A DNA stretch of 64,000 nt from Vicinamibacteria bacterium (GCA_963422395.1 OY729431.1:992001-1056000); one strand, 5' to 3'; positions 1 to 10,536 are shown, numbered from the stretch's first letter. Numbers and translations: made by a program. Notes: generated by a model not told the origin, from the letters alone.

Positions 1-470
1 AGGAGCTGCGGAGGTTCGACCGGGCGCGCGCGAAGACGACGACGAATCGGCGGCGCGTTCGTGGTGAGCACGGGAAGCGCCTGCTGCGCCGGCGGGGCGA
101 GTTGGTGGAGCGCTCGTTTGCGCACGGTTACGAGACCGGGGGGATGCGGCGGCTGTATTTGCGCGGACGGGGGAACATCGGGAAGCGGCTGTTGATCCAG
201 GCAGCGGGCTTCGACCTCGGGCTGCTGATGCGCCACCGGTGCGGAATCGGCAAGCCGCGACGACTGCAGGGGCGCGCGGCGGCGTTCGGCGGCGCGCTTT
301 TCGCTCTCATTTTCGCCTACCGGAGCCGGGAAACGCCCGCCTGGGCCTGGATAGCGCCCTGTCGGGCGGTTTTCCCGCGCAGACCGCGCCCGCACGCCGT
401 ACTGCGCCGATCACGCCGCCCCCTCCGGGGCCGCTGATCCTCACCGATTACAGCAGTTTTCCACGGGCTG
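1..470 (+). mobile_element. Right part of an IS1182-like insertion sequence (cut by window edge)
   Basis: Transposase C-terminal motif followed by terminal sequence TTTTCCACGGGCTG ending at 470 and an ATAG (CTAG-like) flank. The terminus matches the ends of the MITEs at 2400 and 18402. Confidence 0.75.
3..437 (+). pseudogene. IS1182-like DDE transposase fragment, apparently internally deleted
   Basis: Frame from nt 3: ELRRFDRARAKTTTN-RRRVRGEHGKRLLRRRGELVERSFAHGYETGGMRRLYLRGRGNIGKRLLIQAAGFDLGLLMR, a typical C-terminal motif of this family. Confidence 0.7.
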
Positions 471-597
471 ATAGGCCCATTCTCTGAGAACGGTTTGGAT
501 GAAGCGCTCGGCTTTCCGTTCTCTGCTTTCCCACAGGCGGCGTCTTCCGGGCATGACGACCAGAGCGGCCAGATACTCGACGGTGTACGGCCGCCGG

Positions 598-2370
598 TCA
601 GCGCCCCGGACTCCCGTTCGCCTGACCGATGGTGATCGTGCGCTCGTGACGCCCGGCGCGTTTGGCCCAGGCTTCTACGGTGACTTCCATCGGACCTTCT
701 CCCTCGACTGTCCAGCCGACGGATTTGGTCGATTCGTCGGCGCCCGATCCCCAGCGGCGGATATAAGCGAGTTTGCCCAGAATGTGCCCGGCATCCACGG
801 TGGCCGCGCCTGTCACCTCGCCGCCCCGAACTCGGATCTTCGCGAGAATCGGATAGTCGAGCCGGATCTCCAGCGCCTTCCGGGTCACATAGGTGGAGAG
901 GAAACCGTGATTCTGCAGGACTGCCGTTACTCGGTGCTCGTTTACGGAAATCCGTTCCGCCGTGAGGTCGCTGATCTGGAGCAGCGGGGACAGGTCGGCG
1001 ATGTGCAGCAGATACTGGTAGTGGATGCCGCTTTCGAACTCGAGGCGCTCGTCGATCCCTTGCGGCAGGCCCCGGTAACCGCCGATCTCCACCTCTCCGA
1101 GCTCCGGATGCCGATACGGCGTCCAGGGTGCGAAGTAAACGCCGTCCTTCTCCTCGTCGTTCCAGCGCAGGATCTCGTACTGGGTCACATAGCCGTCCTG
1201 GTCGTAGTCGCGGCCTGCTCCCGAGATCTCCGGCAGCAGGCTGTGAATCCCGACATGCATGTAGGCCCAGTCGTTGGAAAACCCGTGCATCGTTTCGCCG
1301 TAGAGGCCGGCTTTGACCTCCTGCGCGTAGTAGTTGTTGTTCATCACGCCCCCGCGAGAGAGCACCGACCAGATAGCCCCCGAGCGGGTATAGAAGTCGT
1401 TGTCCTCGGGGGGCATGTATTCGAAGGGGTGGCTCATCGGAGGCCGCACGATGTAATTTCGGGCTCCGCCGCCCGAATGGATCGTGTAGGTGAAGAAGAT
1501 GTTGGGGTGGGAGGTGATGAAGTCGGCCACCGCGCGCACTTCGGGTAGCGAGAACGGATAGGGACCGGCTCCCGGCTCGTTGCGCTGCCATTCCCCTGAC
1601 CAGTTCCGGTTGAAGTTCGCTTCCTCGCGTTCGTCGGTCACCTCGCGTTCGAGGCTCGCGCCCTCGGTGTAAACGCGGTAACGCCGGTCGGGGGGGGCCA
1701 GATCTTCCTCGAAGTGCTCCGGCTCTTCGAGCGTCGTCGGAACGAAGTTCCAGCGGCCCCCGGTGCGGTCGCGGACCCGGAGCATGAGCCGCTCGTCGGT
1801 TGGGCTGGGGTAGGACTCGCCCGCGGGGTCGCGGACCCGCATCCGGGTGATGTACCCGTCGCCGTCAAGATCCCTGCCGGCGTGCTCCTCCGGCTTGTGC
1901 TCCGACCAGGCCGGATGCCGGGTCAGGGCGATCTCGCCGCCGTCGGCGTCGAAGATCGGCATGACATAGAAGGTGCGGGTGTCAACGAGACGGGTTGCGA
2001 CCGGGTCCTTGCCGTAACTGGCGAGGACGGCTTCCGCGAAGTACAGAAGCAGTTGGCGTCCGGTGACTTCGACCACGTGGATATTTCCGTCGAGCCAGAG
2101 CGCCGGCTTCGACTCGCCGGGGCCGGTCTCGAAGTTGGTGATCTCGATGATCCGGAGATCCCGCCCTTTCCGGCTCTTCCCGATGATGTGGGTCCGGGCG
2201 AGATTCGGGTGCAGCCCCGCGAGTTCATCCAGCCGGTCGGAGACTTCCTGATGCAGGGGATAGGGCCAGCGCTCGAAGTCGAAGTCGAGATCCCCGAGAA
2301 TACTTGCCATTTGGGCTCCATGGAGCGGAACTGCGATGAGCAGCAGGGCGAAGAACGACAGGCTGCGCAT
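598..2370 (-). CDS. Secreted M14 family zinc carboxypeptidase
   Basis: Signal peptide; LDGNIHVVE (HxxE), NFNRNW and TIHSG motifs; RBS AAGGAG upstream. Confidence 0.85.
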   Translation of the reverse strand: MRSLSFFALLLIAVPLHGAQMASILGDLDFDFERWPYPLHQEVSDRLDELAGLHPNLARTHIIGKSRKGRDLRIIEITNFETGPGESKPALWLDGNIHVVEVTGRQLLLYFAEAVLASYGKDPVATRLVDTRTFYVMPIFDADGGEIALTRHPAWSEHKPEEHAGRDLDGDGYITRMRVRDPAGESYPSPTDERLMLRVRDRTGGRWNFVPTTLEEPEHFEEDLAPPDRRYRVYTEGASLEREVTDEREEANFNRNWSGEWQRNEPGAGPYPFSLPEVRAVADFITSHPNIFFTYTIHSGGGARNYIVRPPMSHPFEYMPPEDNDFYTRSGAIWSVLSRGGVMNNNYYAQEVKAGLYGETMHGFSNDWAYMHVGIHSLLPEISGAGRDYDQDGYVTQYEILRWNDEEKDGVYFAPWTPYRHPELGEVEIGGYRGLPQGIDERLEFESGIHYQYLLHIADLSPLLQISDLTAERISVNEHRVTAVLQNHGFLSTYVTRKALEIRLDYPILAKIRVRGGEVTGAATVDAGHILGKLAYIRRWGSGADESTKSVGWTVEGEGPMEVTVEAWAKRAGRHERTITIGQANGSPGR

Positions 2371-2399
2371 GACAGCACTCCTTGAAAAGCTGTTCCTAG

Positions 2400-2680
2400 C
2401 AGCCCGTGGACAAAGTTACACGACATTGCCGAGTAGCGAGGGGCTCCCGGTCGAGGATCCCCGACCGGGAGCCCTCACTCTCCGGCGTGCTCGCGGGGCC
2501 ATATTCGGCCCCGCTCGGAGCGACCGGCGATGCCCAGTCCTCCCGGTGGGGGCCCTGGCTGAACCGCTTCGCTCTTCGTTGCAAATCAGTCGGAATACGC
2601 CCGGTATGCCTCCCGATTCGCGCCTTGTCAGCCAGGCGCCTCCCCGATCTCGGTGCTCGTGCCACTTTATCCACGGACTG
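2400..2680. mobile_element. MITE copy 1 (281 bp) with CTAG target duplication
   Basis: TIRs CAGCCCGTGGACAAAGT / ACTTTATCCACGGACTG; CTAG at 2396-2399 and 2681-2684; homologous to 18402-18571. Confidence 0.85.
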
Positions 2681-2741
2681 CTAGCGGCGGAGCCCGCGAA
2701 TCGCGCCCCGGGACGGTTTCCGCGACGGTCGCCCGGATGTA

Positions 2742-3728
2742 TCACGACGGCGCCCCGGCCTGCGAATCCGAACGCCGCCGGCGCTGCTGCGCCGGTACCG
2801 CGGTGTCCGGGATCTGGTTCGCCGCGTGGTACGAACTGCGGACCAGCGGGCCGGCCTCCACATGGCGGAGCCCCATCGCCTCGCCGCGTTCGGCGAGCTC
2901 CGCGAATTCCGCGGGCGGCACGAAGCGGCGCACCGGCAGGTGGGCGGGGGTGGGCTGCAGATACTGGCCCGCGGTCAGGATGTCCACGCCGACCCCGACC
3001 AGGTCCTCCATCAGCGCGTCGAGTTCTGCGACGGTCTCGCCGAGCCCGAGCATCACGCCGGTCTTGGTGATGGCACTCGGCCGCAGCTGTTTCGCGGAGC
3101 GCAGGAGATCGAGCGAACGGCGGTAGCGCGCCCCGGGGCGCACGGCGCGGTAGAGCCGGGGAACGGTCTCCACATTGTGGTTCAGGATTTCGGGGGCCGC
3201 GGCCATCACGGTGGTGAGGGCTTCGGCATCTCCCCGAAAATCGGGGATGAGGACTTCGATCGTCGTTTCCGGGTTGCGCTGCCGCACCGCGCGGATCGTC
3301 TCGGCGAAGATCCCGGCGCCGCCGTCCGGCTGGTCGTCGCGGTTCACCGAAGTGATCACCGCGTGGCGCAGCTCCATGGTCGCAACGGCGTCGGCGACCC
3401 GCTTCGGTTCCTCCCGATCCAGCCCCCGGGGAAGGCCGGTGGTCACCGCACAGAACCCGCAGGCGCGGGTGCAGATGTCTCCGAGGATCATGAAAGTCGC
3501 GGTGCCCTGTCCCCAGCACTCGGCGACATTGGGGCAGCGCGCTTCCTCGCAGACGGTGTGGAGGTTCTTCTGCCGCAGGAGGCGCCGGAGCCTCGACCAG
3601 ACCGGGCCCGAGGGCATTTTGACCCGGAGCCATTCGGGGCGTGGGGCGCGGGGCGCCGGGGAAAGCGCGGGCGGCTCCGGCGGGCGGGCCGCAGCCACGA
3701 CCGGAAGCGGAACGATCCCGGTGCTCAA
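2742..3728 (-). CDS. lipA: Lipoyl synthase (radical SAM)
   Basis: [12 protein letters not shown] and CTRACGFC clusters, NHNVETV and RSSYHA motifs. Confidence 0.97.
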   Translation of the reverse strand: MSTGIVPLPVVAAARPPEPPALSPAPRAPRPEWLRVKMPSGPVWSRLRRLLRQKNLHTVCEEARCPNVAECWGQGTATFMILGDICTRACGFCAVTTGLPRGLDREEPKRVADAVATMELRHAVITSVNRDDQPDGGAGIFAETIRAVRQRNPETTIEVLIPDFRGDAEALTTVMAAAPEILNHNVETVPRLYRAVRPGARYRRSLDLLRSAKQLRPSAITKTGVMLGLGETVAELDALMEDLVGVGVDILTAGQYLQPTPAHLPVRRFVPPAEFAELAERGEAMGLRHVEAGPLVRSSYHAANQIPDTAVPAQQRRRRSDSQAGAPS

Positions 3729-3784
3729 GAGCCCGAGGTGCCGGCTCGCAGCCGGGAAGGGGGCGCTGGGTCCACGAGTGGCTG

Positions 3785-5155
3785 CTAGGCCGGCATCCAG
3801 CCGCCGCCCTCGGGCCAGTGTTCGAGCCGGCTCTTGACCGACGCCATGAACTGGTCGGCCACCGCCCCGTCGATCAGTCGGTGGTCGAAGGAGAGGGCGA
3901 GGAAAACCATGGACCGCACCGCGATGGCGTCCCCCTCGACGACCACCGCTCGCTTGTGAACCCCGCCGACCCCCAGGATGGCTACTTGTGGTTGGGCGAT
4001 GATCGGAGTGCCGAAGAGGGCCCCGAAGGGGCCGGGATTCGTGATCGTGAAAGTGCCTCCCTGCACCTCGGCGGGGGTGAGCGAGCCGGAGCGCGCCCGC
4101 GCGGCGAGGTCGGTGATTCCCCGCGCCAGGCCGACGAAGTTTCGTTCGTCGGCCCGCTCCAGCACCGGAACGATGAGCCCGTCGGGCAGGGCGACCGCGA
4201 TGCCCAGCCCGACGGCACGGTGATGGACGATTTCGTCGCCGGAGAGCGATGCGTTGAGGATCGGGAACTCGGCGAGGGCTTCGATCGCGGCTCGGGTGAA
4301 GAACGGCATCAGCGTCAGTCGGACGCCCGCTCGCGCTTCGAACGCTGCCGCCTCCTGGCTACGGATCGCGGTGACCCGGGACAGGTCCACTTCGAAAACG
4401 GTGGTGACATGCGCCGAGGTTCGGCGGGAGCGGACCATGTGCTCGGCGATGGTGCGCCGCATCTGCGAGAGCGGCTCGGTCCGGTATCCGGGGGCCGGCT
4501 CTACCCGCGAAGCGGGGAAGACCTCGGGAGTCGGATCCGGCGGGCCAGCAGGTGAGCCAACCGGGAGCGGGTCCGCTGGAAGCGGGTCCGTTGGGAGCGG
4601 GGTCGGATCGGCCCTGGCTGGCGTTTCGGCAGCCGCGGGCGTCTGCGCCGAAGCAGCGGGCCGTTCCTGCTGTTCGAGCCAGTCCAACATGTCCTGTTTG
4701 CTGACCCGGCCTCCTTCGCCGGTTCCGGGAACCTCGGCGAGGTCCACGCCATGCTCGCGGGCCATCCGCCGGACCAGCGGGGAGCTGCGAGGGCGGCGGC
4801 GGCTCGGAGTGGAGGCTCCGCCGGACGGAGTCTTCGCGTTCCCGATCTCGTTCGCCTCGGAGTCTTCCCGTTCTTCCGGAGGGTCCGGCGCGGCGCTTCC
4901 AGGGGACCACGCCTCGCCTTCCGCCGCGATCCGCGCCACGACGGTGTTCACTTCCACCGTTTTTCCCTCAGCGACCAGGATCTCCACCAACCTCCCGTCG
5001 AGCGCCGCCGGCACCTCGGTGTCCACCTTGTCGGTGGAGATGTCGAAAAGGGGATCGTCGCGCTCGACGGCTTCGCCGACTGCCAGGCGCCACCGGGTGA
5101 TGGTGCCCTCGGTGATGCTCTCCCCCATCTGGGGCATGATCACATCGGTCGGCAC
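3785..5155 (-). CDS. 2-oxoacid dehydrogenase E2 dihydrolipoamide acyltransferase (SucB/DlaT-like)
   Basis: Lipoyl domain (STDKVD), E3-binding [15 protein letters not shown], catalytic FDHRLIDGA. Confidence 0.93.
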   Translation of the reverse strand: MPTDVIMPQMGESITEGTITRWRLAVGEAVERDDPLFDISTDKVDTEVPAALDGRLVEILVAEGKTVEVNTVVARIAAEGEAWSPGSAAPDPPEEREDSEANEIGNAKTPSGGASTPSRRRPRSSPLVRRMAREHGVDLAEVPGTGEGGRVSKQDMLDWLEQQERPAASAQTPAAAETPARADPTPLPTDPLPADPLPVGSPAGPPDPTPEVFPASRVEPAPGYRTEPLSQMRRTIAEHMVRSRRTSAHVTTVFEVDLSRVTAIRSQEAAAFEARAGVRLTLMPFFTRAAIEALAEFPILNASLSGDEIVHHRAVGLGIAVALPDGLIVPVLERADERNFVGLARGITDLAARARSGSLTPAEVQGGTFTITNPGPFGALFGTPIIAQPQVAILGVGGVHKRAVVVEGDAIAVRSMVFLALSFDHRLIDGAVADQFMASVKSRLEHWPEGGGWMPA

Positions 5156-5231
5156 AGGCCGAAATTGTAATGCGGACGGTCCGGTCCGGAAGGAAGAAGG
5201 ACGAGCTCGAAGCAGGAGCCGCCGGCACTCC

Positions 5232-7325
5232 TCACCGCAGCGCGGGGACCGGAAGGTGCACCGAAAGGAATTCGAGGATCTTCTCGAAGAAGGCGTAGGC
5301 GGCCCCGCGATCGGTCTCCCAGCGGAAGACGGACCTGCCGCTGTCGCCGCGGAAATACAGCTCGACGAGGGGGTAGTCGGCGCGCGCCCGGAGCGCTGCG
5401 AGAAAGTCCTGTTTCGCTTCGAGCGGCGCTTCCGGCACTTCCTCCCCGTGGAAGGAGAGCAGCGGGGATCGGATCGATACGGCCTCGCCGGTGAGGGAGA
5501 GACGGCGGTAGGTCTCGAGGTTGCCGCGCAGCGGCCCGAGTTCGGTTTCGAGATGCGCTCGCCGGCCCGTATCCAGTGCCCGGTGCAGCCGCTGGAGATC
5601 CGCCATTCCCATCGCTTCCACGCCGCAGTCGAAGAGGGCCGGGTGGCGGGCGAGTGCGGCGAGCGTCAGGAACCCGCCGTATCCGATCCCGAAGACACAG
5701 GCTTCCTCGGCGGAGATCCCGGGCCGCGCCTGTGCGGCTCGGGTGGCGGCGGCCAGGTCTTCGAGGTCCCCGCCGCCCCAGTCCCCGTCGTTCAGAGCGG
5801 CGAAGGCCGCGCCTCGGCCGCCGACGCCGCGCACATTCGGAATGAGCACCGCGTAGCCGCGCGCCGCGAAGAGCTGGACGATGGGATCGAAGCCGTCTTG
5901 CCAGGCTTCTCCCGGCATCCCGCGGAGGTGTACGAGGAGCGGCGCGACCGCAGACGATCCGGCGACCGCTTCCGCCAGCTCTCCGGCCGGAGGGCGGTAG
6001 AGGAAGGCGTCCACCGTCGGCCCCTTTCCGCCCCCGGCCTCGATCCGTTCCGGTCGCGCGAAGGCGCGGACATCGATGGCCGGAAACAGGGTGTCCGAGA
6101 CCCGCCGACGGCCTCCGGCGAGCGGGAAGAACCAGACATCGCGGGGGAACGCTGCCGCTTCGTGGAGCGCTGCGAGCGCGGAGCCGTCGTCTTTCCAGCG
6201 CAGCGACTGCGCGACCCCGGCCCCTCGGGTCACGATCCGGACCCGCCCCGAAGGACTCCATCTCCCGTCCGGCCCCCGGTGGAGGCGGGCGTGGTGGATC
6301 CGCCGGCTGCCCCGGTCGGACTCGATCCAGGCGAGTTCTCTTTCCCCATCCGGATCCGCTGCCGGTCGGAAACGGGGTTCCCCGAGGTCCCGTTCCGCCG
6401 CGACGAGCGCGTAGGGCGGGGAGAGGCCGGCGGAGTCCGCGAAGTGGATGGCGTCGTAACCGCCGTTGGAACACTCCTCGATGCAGCGGGCCGCCCAGGC
6501 CAGACCGGCGCCGTCCGGGGTCCAGTCGGGCAGGCCGCTTGCGGCGGGCGCCGGTTTCGGGGTCAGGACCTGTGGTTCCGGCAGGAGATCGCCTGCGCCG
6601 CCTCCGCCGACGGCGGCGACGACGGCAACGAAGGAAAGGCCAGCTCCCGCAGGGGCGGCGAAACGGTAGGCGATCCGCTCTCCGTCGGGCGACCAGACCG
6701 GGGCGCCCTCGTCGCCGGGGTGGCGGGTCAGGCGGCGGGCTTCGCCGCCGGCCGCGGGCAGGGTCCAGAGGTCGTAGCCGGTGCCGGGTTCTTCCCTGGA
6801 GGCCGCTTCTCGCCGCCGCTTGCCGAGAAAAGCGATCCGTTCTCCGTCGGGGGCGACCGCCGGCGACCTGACGAGCAGCTCCGGTCCGCTGAGCGGCTCG
6901 GGGTCGCCGCCCAGCGAGAGGCGGAAGAGACGGCCCGCTTCGGGATCGGTCCCCGAGGGAGGGGGGCCGGAGACGAAGACCACTGCGGTGCCGTCCGCGA
7001 GAAAGCGGGGCGCCGAATCCCAGCGCCCGCTAGTGAGCGCGCCCGGCCGGGCACCCGCAGCGGCGAGGAACAGGTTCGAGCGGTTCGAGACGGCAACTGC
7101 CAGCACTGCCCGGCGGCCGTCCGGAGACACATCGAAATCGAGAGTCCGGGGCAGCCCGAGTGCGGTGTCGAGAGCCAGCCGCTCCTTCGGTTCGAGGAGC
7201 TGCGGGCTCGGCGGTTGGGCTGCCGTACCTCCGGCGAGAAGAACGAGGAGAAGCAGAACCGGGGAGGCCGGAAAACGGAAGGCCAGCAAGGGGAAACCCC
7301 GCTTCGCGCTGCCGGAACGATCCAT
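5232..7325 (-). CDS. S9 peptidase-like protein with TolB/PD40 propeller; catalytic triad degenerate
   Basis: SPDG repeats then alpha/beta hydrolase (RGYAVLIPNVRG, DWGGGDLED); nucleophile motif reads GIGYGG. Start codon uncertain. Confidence 0.8.
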   Translation of the reverse strand: MDRSGSAKRGFPLLAFRFPASPVLLLLVLLAGGTAAQPPSPQLLEPKERLALDTALGLPRTLDFDVSPDGRRAVLAVAVSNRSNLFLAAAGARPGALTSGRWDSAPRFLADGTAVVFVSGPPPSGTDPEAGRLFRLSLGGDPEPLSGPELLVRSPAVAPDGERIAFLGKRRREAASREEPGTGYDLWTLPAAGGEARRLTRHPGDEGAPVWSPDGERIAYRFAAPAGAGLSFVAVVAAVGGGGAGDLLPEPQVLTPKPAPAASGLPDWTPDGAGLAWAARCIEECSNGGYDAIHFADSAGLSPPYALVAAERDLGEPRFRPAADPDGERELAWIESDRGSRRIHHARLHRGPDGRWSPSGRVRIVTRGAGVAQSLRWKDDGSALAALHEAAAFPRDVWFFPLAGGRRRVSDTLFPAIDVRAFARPERIEAGGGKGPTVDAFLYRPPAGELAEAVAGSSAVAPLLVHLRGMPGEAWQDGFDPIVQLFAARGYAVLIPNVRGVGGRGAAFAALNDGDWGGGDLEDLAAATRAAQARPGISAEEACVFGIGYGGFLTLAALARHPALFDCGVEAMGMADLQRLHRALDTGRRAHLETELGPLRGNLETYRRLSLTGEAVSIRSPLLSFHGEEVPEAPLEAKQDFLAALRARADYPLVELYFRGDSGRSVFRWETDRGAAYAFFEKILEFLSVHLPVPALR

Positions 7326-7419
7326 CTGCGAAGCGTACTGTCGCTGGCAGTCCGTGGACGAAGCGGCGCGGGTACCGCGCCTGAAGGCGGCGCGGGGCCA
7401 TAATGCGAGCCCGCGTCCC

Positions 7420-9069
7420 ATGTCCCGGCCCGCTCCGATCCGCTTCGAGACCCATCCGTCGCGTTATCGGCACTGGACCCTCGACACCGAAGGTCCGGTC
7501 GCCTGGCTGACGCTGGCGGTGGACGAAGGGGGCGGGCTGCGGCCCGGATACGCGCTGAAGCTGAACAGTTACGACCTCGGGGTGGACATCGAGCTCGCCG
7601 ACGCGGTGGAACGGCTGCGTTTCGAGCATCCGCGGGTGCGCGCGGTGGTGGTGCGGAGCGGTCTCGATCGGGTGTTCTGCTCCGGCGCGAACATCTTCAT
7701 GCTCGCCGCGGCCTCGCACGGATTCAAGGTGAACTTCTGCAAGTTCACGAACGAAACGCGCCTCGCGATCGAGGACGCGAGTGCGAGAAGCGGGCAGCGC
7801 TATCTCGCGGCGCTGTCGGGAACGACTGCCGGCGGCGGGTACGAACTCGCCCTCGCCGCCGACGAGATCCTGTTGGTGGACGATGGCAGTTCGGCGGTCT
7901 CGCTTCCGGAGGTGCCGCTGCTCGGGGTCCTTCCCGGCACCGGGGGTTTGACCCGGGTCCTGGACAAGCGCCGGGTGCGGCGCGATCTCGCCGATGTGTT
8001 CTCGACGCTCGCCGAGGGCGTTCGGGGCCGCCGGGCGCTCGCCTGGGGGCTGGTGGACGGGCTCGCGCCCCGCAGCCGCTTCGAGGACGAAGTCCGCCGG
8101 CGGGCGGCGTCGCTCGCTGCCTCGTCCCCCGCCGCCCTCCCCGAGGCGGCGGTCGGCATCGCCCTGGAGCCGCTCGATCCCGAAGAAGGGGAATGCGGGA
8201 TCCGCTACCGGCATGTCGAGCTCCATTGCGACCGCAGCGCCCGCACCGCCACCCTGACGGTTCGGGCTCCGGCGAACCCGCCCCCGGCCACTGCTGCCGA
8301 GCTGCGGGCTGCGGGATCGGCGCTATGGCATTTGCGGATGGCGCGCGAGCTCGACGACGCGCTCTGCCGGCTGCGCTTCCACGAACCGGAACTCGGAGTG
8401 GTGCTCCTGCGCACAGCGGGAGATCCGGATGCGGTTCGGGAAGCGGATCTCCGGCTGGGCGGGCTCGCTGCGGAGTGGCTCGCGCGGGAGGCCCGCTTTC
8501 GGGTTGCGCGGACTCTCCGCCGTCTCGATCAGACCGCCCGCAGCTTCTTCGCGGTCGGGGAGCCGGGGGAACAGTTCGTGGGGACCCTCGCCGAACTGCT
8601 GCTCGCCGCCGACCGCTCATACCTCTGCGACGATCCCGTCCGGCCTGCCCGGGTCGAGCTGACTCCGGTGAACTTCGGGGCCTATCCGACGGCGAACGGA
8701 CGCTCGCGACTCGAGAGTCGTTTCGTCGGGGAGCCGGAGCGGATCGAAGTCCTGCGGGGGCAGGGGGCGGCGTCCGCCGCCGAGGCCGAGAGGCTCGGGC
8801 TCGCCACCTTCGCCCCCGACGATCTCGACTGGGAAGACGAACTGCGCGTCGCCGTCGAGGAGCGCGCCGGGTTTTCGCCCGACGCGCTGACCGGGATGGA
8901 GGCTTCGCTCCGGTGTCCTGGTCCGGAGACGATGGAAACGAGGATCTTCGGCCGTCTCTCGGCGTGGCAGAATTGGATCTTCCAGCGTCCGAACGCGATG
9001 GGCGAGCGGGGCGCGCTCACCGTATACGGCCGCCCCGAGCGCGCCGCCTTCGATTGGGAGCGGACCTGA
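7420..9069 (+). CDS. boxC: 2,3-epoxybenzoyl-CoA dihydrolase
   Basis: LKLNSYDLGVDIEL, KVNFCKFTNETR and GRLSAWQNWIFQRPNA motifs; ATG at 7420 preceded by CATAAT. Confidence 0.95.
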   Translation: MSRPAPIRFETHPSRYRHWTLDTEGPVAWLTLAVDEGGGLRPGYALKLNSYDLGVDIELADAVERLRFEHPRVRAVVVRSGLDRVFCSGANIFMLAAASHGFKVNFCKFTNETRLAIEDASARSGQRYLAALSGTTAGGGYELALAADEILLVDDGSSAVSLPEVPLLGVLPGTGGLTRVLDKRRVRRDLADVFSTLAEGVRGRRALAWGLVDGLAPRSRFEDEVRRRAASLAASSPAALPEAAVGIALEPLDPEEGECGIRYRHVELHCDRSARTATLTVRAPANPPPATAAELRAAGSALWHLRMARELDDALCRLRFHEPELGVVLLRTAGDPDAVREADLRLGGLAAEWLAREARFRVARTLRRLDQTARSFFAVGEPGEQFVGTLAELLLAADRSYLCDDPVRPARVELTPVNFGAYPTANGRSRLESRFVGEPERIEVLRGQGAASAAEAERLGLATFAPDDLDWEDELRVAVEERAGFSPDALTGMEASLRCPGPETMETRIFGRLSAWQNWIFQRPNAMGERGALTVYGRPERAAFDWERT

Positions 9070-9084
9070 CGAACAGCGAGCAGG

Positions 9085-10491
9085 ATGTCCGAACTCGATT
9101 CCCTGATCCCGAACAATGTGGACCTGTCGGCGGATCCCCGCCTCCAGCGGGCGCTGCTTCGCTGGCAACCCGCTTTCCTCCGCTGGTGGAACGATATGGG
9201 GCCGGAGGGTTTCCGGGGGGACGAGGTGCTGCTGCGGACTGCGGTTTCGGTGGAGCCGTCGGGGTGGTCGCACTTCGATTTCGTGCGGATGCCCGAATAT
9301 CGCTGGGGGATCTTTCTGGCGCCGCCGGAACCGGATCGCCGCATCGGCTTCGGAGACCTCGTCGGCCAGTCGGTGTGGCAGCAGGTTCCGGGAGAATTCC
9401 GGGGCGACCTGAGGCGGCTCATCGTCACCCAGGGGGACACCGAGCCGGCGAGCGTCGAGCAACAGCGGAAGCTCGGCAGTACGGCTCCGAGCCTCTACGA
9501 CCTGCGCAACCTCTTCCAGGTCAATGTGGAGGAAGGGCGCCACCTCTGGGCGATGGTCTATCTGCTCCATTCGCACTTCGGCCGGGACGGCCGCGAGGAA
9601 GCCGATGCGCTGCTCGAACGATCGAGCGGCGATCGAGACCGGCCGCGCATCCTCCAGGCCTTCAACGAGCCTTGCGACGATTGGCTGAACTTCTACCTCT
9701 TCACGATGTTCACCGACCGCGACGGCAAGTACCAGCTCCTCGCGCTCGCGGAAAGCGCCTTCGACCCGCTGTCGCGGACCACGCGCTTCATGCTCACCGA
9801 GGAAGCGTTCCACATGTCGGTGGGGGAGACCGGCGTGGGCCGGATCGTCGAGCGGACCGCGGCGGTGATGGCCGCCGGGGCGGAAGCCCCCGAAGAGGCC
9901 GGGGTCTTCGACCTGCCCCTGATCCAGCGCCACATCAACTTCTGGTTCAGTGCGTCTCTCGACCTGTTCGGCGGAGAGGTGTCCTCGAACGCCGCTCACT
10001 ACTTCGCGAGCGGACTCAAGGGTCGGGCTCGGGAGTCGCGGCACCGGGATCATGCCGCGCTCGAGGGGGTCTATTCCCTGGAGATTCCCGAGGACGGAGC
10101 GTTGCGGCGGCGCGAAGTAGCGCTGCGGAACGCGATGAACGAGGTGCTGCGCGACGATTACATCCGGGATTGCGAACGCGGCGTCGCGCGCTGGAACCGC
10201 ATCCTCGAGGAGGCGGGACTCCGCGAACGTCTCACGCTCCCGAACCGGCGTTTCCACCGGCGCATCGGAGCCTACGCGGCCCACCGGTTCGATCCCGGGG
10301 GCGATCTGGTCGAAGAGGACCGCTGGGAGCGGTGCCGGGACGACTGGCTGCCGACCGCCGCCGACCGCGCCTATGTCGAAAGCCTGATGATTCCGGTCAC
10401 CGAACCGGGCCGGATGGCGTACTGGATCGCGCCGCCGCGGAACGGCGTGAACGGCAACCCGGTCGGCTACGAGTATGTGCGCCGCCCCTGA
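9085..10491 (+). CDS. boxB: Benzoyl-CoA 2,3-epoxidase (diiron) subunit
   Basis: IPNNVDL, QGDTEPASVEQQ, VNVEEGRH and LTEEAFH diiron motifs. Confidence 0.95.
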   Translation: MSELDSLIPNNVDLSADPRLQRALLRWQPAFLRWWNDMGPEGFRGDEVLLRTAVSVEPSGWSHFDFVRMPEYRWGIFLAPPEPDRRIGFGDLVGQSVWQQVPGEFRGDLRRLIVTQGDTEPASVEQQRKLGSTAPSLYDLRNLFQVNVEEGRHLWAMVYLLHSHFGRDGREEADALLERSSGDRDRPRILQAFNEPCDDWLNFYLFTMFTDRDGKYQLLALAESAFDPLSRTTRFMLTEEAFHMSVGETGVGRIVERTAAVMAAGAEAPEEAGVFDLPLIQRHINFWFSASLDLFGGEVSSNAAHYFASGLKGRARESRHRDHAALEGVYSLEIPEDGALRRREVALRNAMNEVLRDDYIRDCERGVARWNRILEEAGLRERLTLPNRRFHRRIGAYAAHRFDPGGDLVEEDRWERCRDDWLPTAADRAYVESLMIPVTEPGRMAYWIAPPRNGVNGNPVGYEYVRRP

Positions 10492-10536
10492 AGCCGATCC
10501 CCTGACCGACGGCGCTTCCTGTATGGAGCTCCCCTG

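Noticed and set aside
4254-7403. 1049-aa plus-strand ORF
   Set aside because: Antisense shadow of E2 and S9-like genes; no motifs; expected in high-GC DNA.
6781-7419. N-terminal extension of the boxC ORF
   Set aside because: Overlaps the opposite-strand gene; BoxC similarity starts at ATG 7420.
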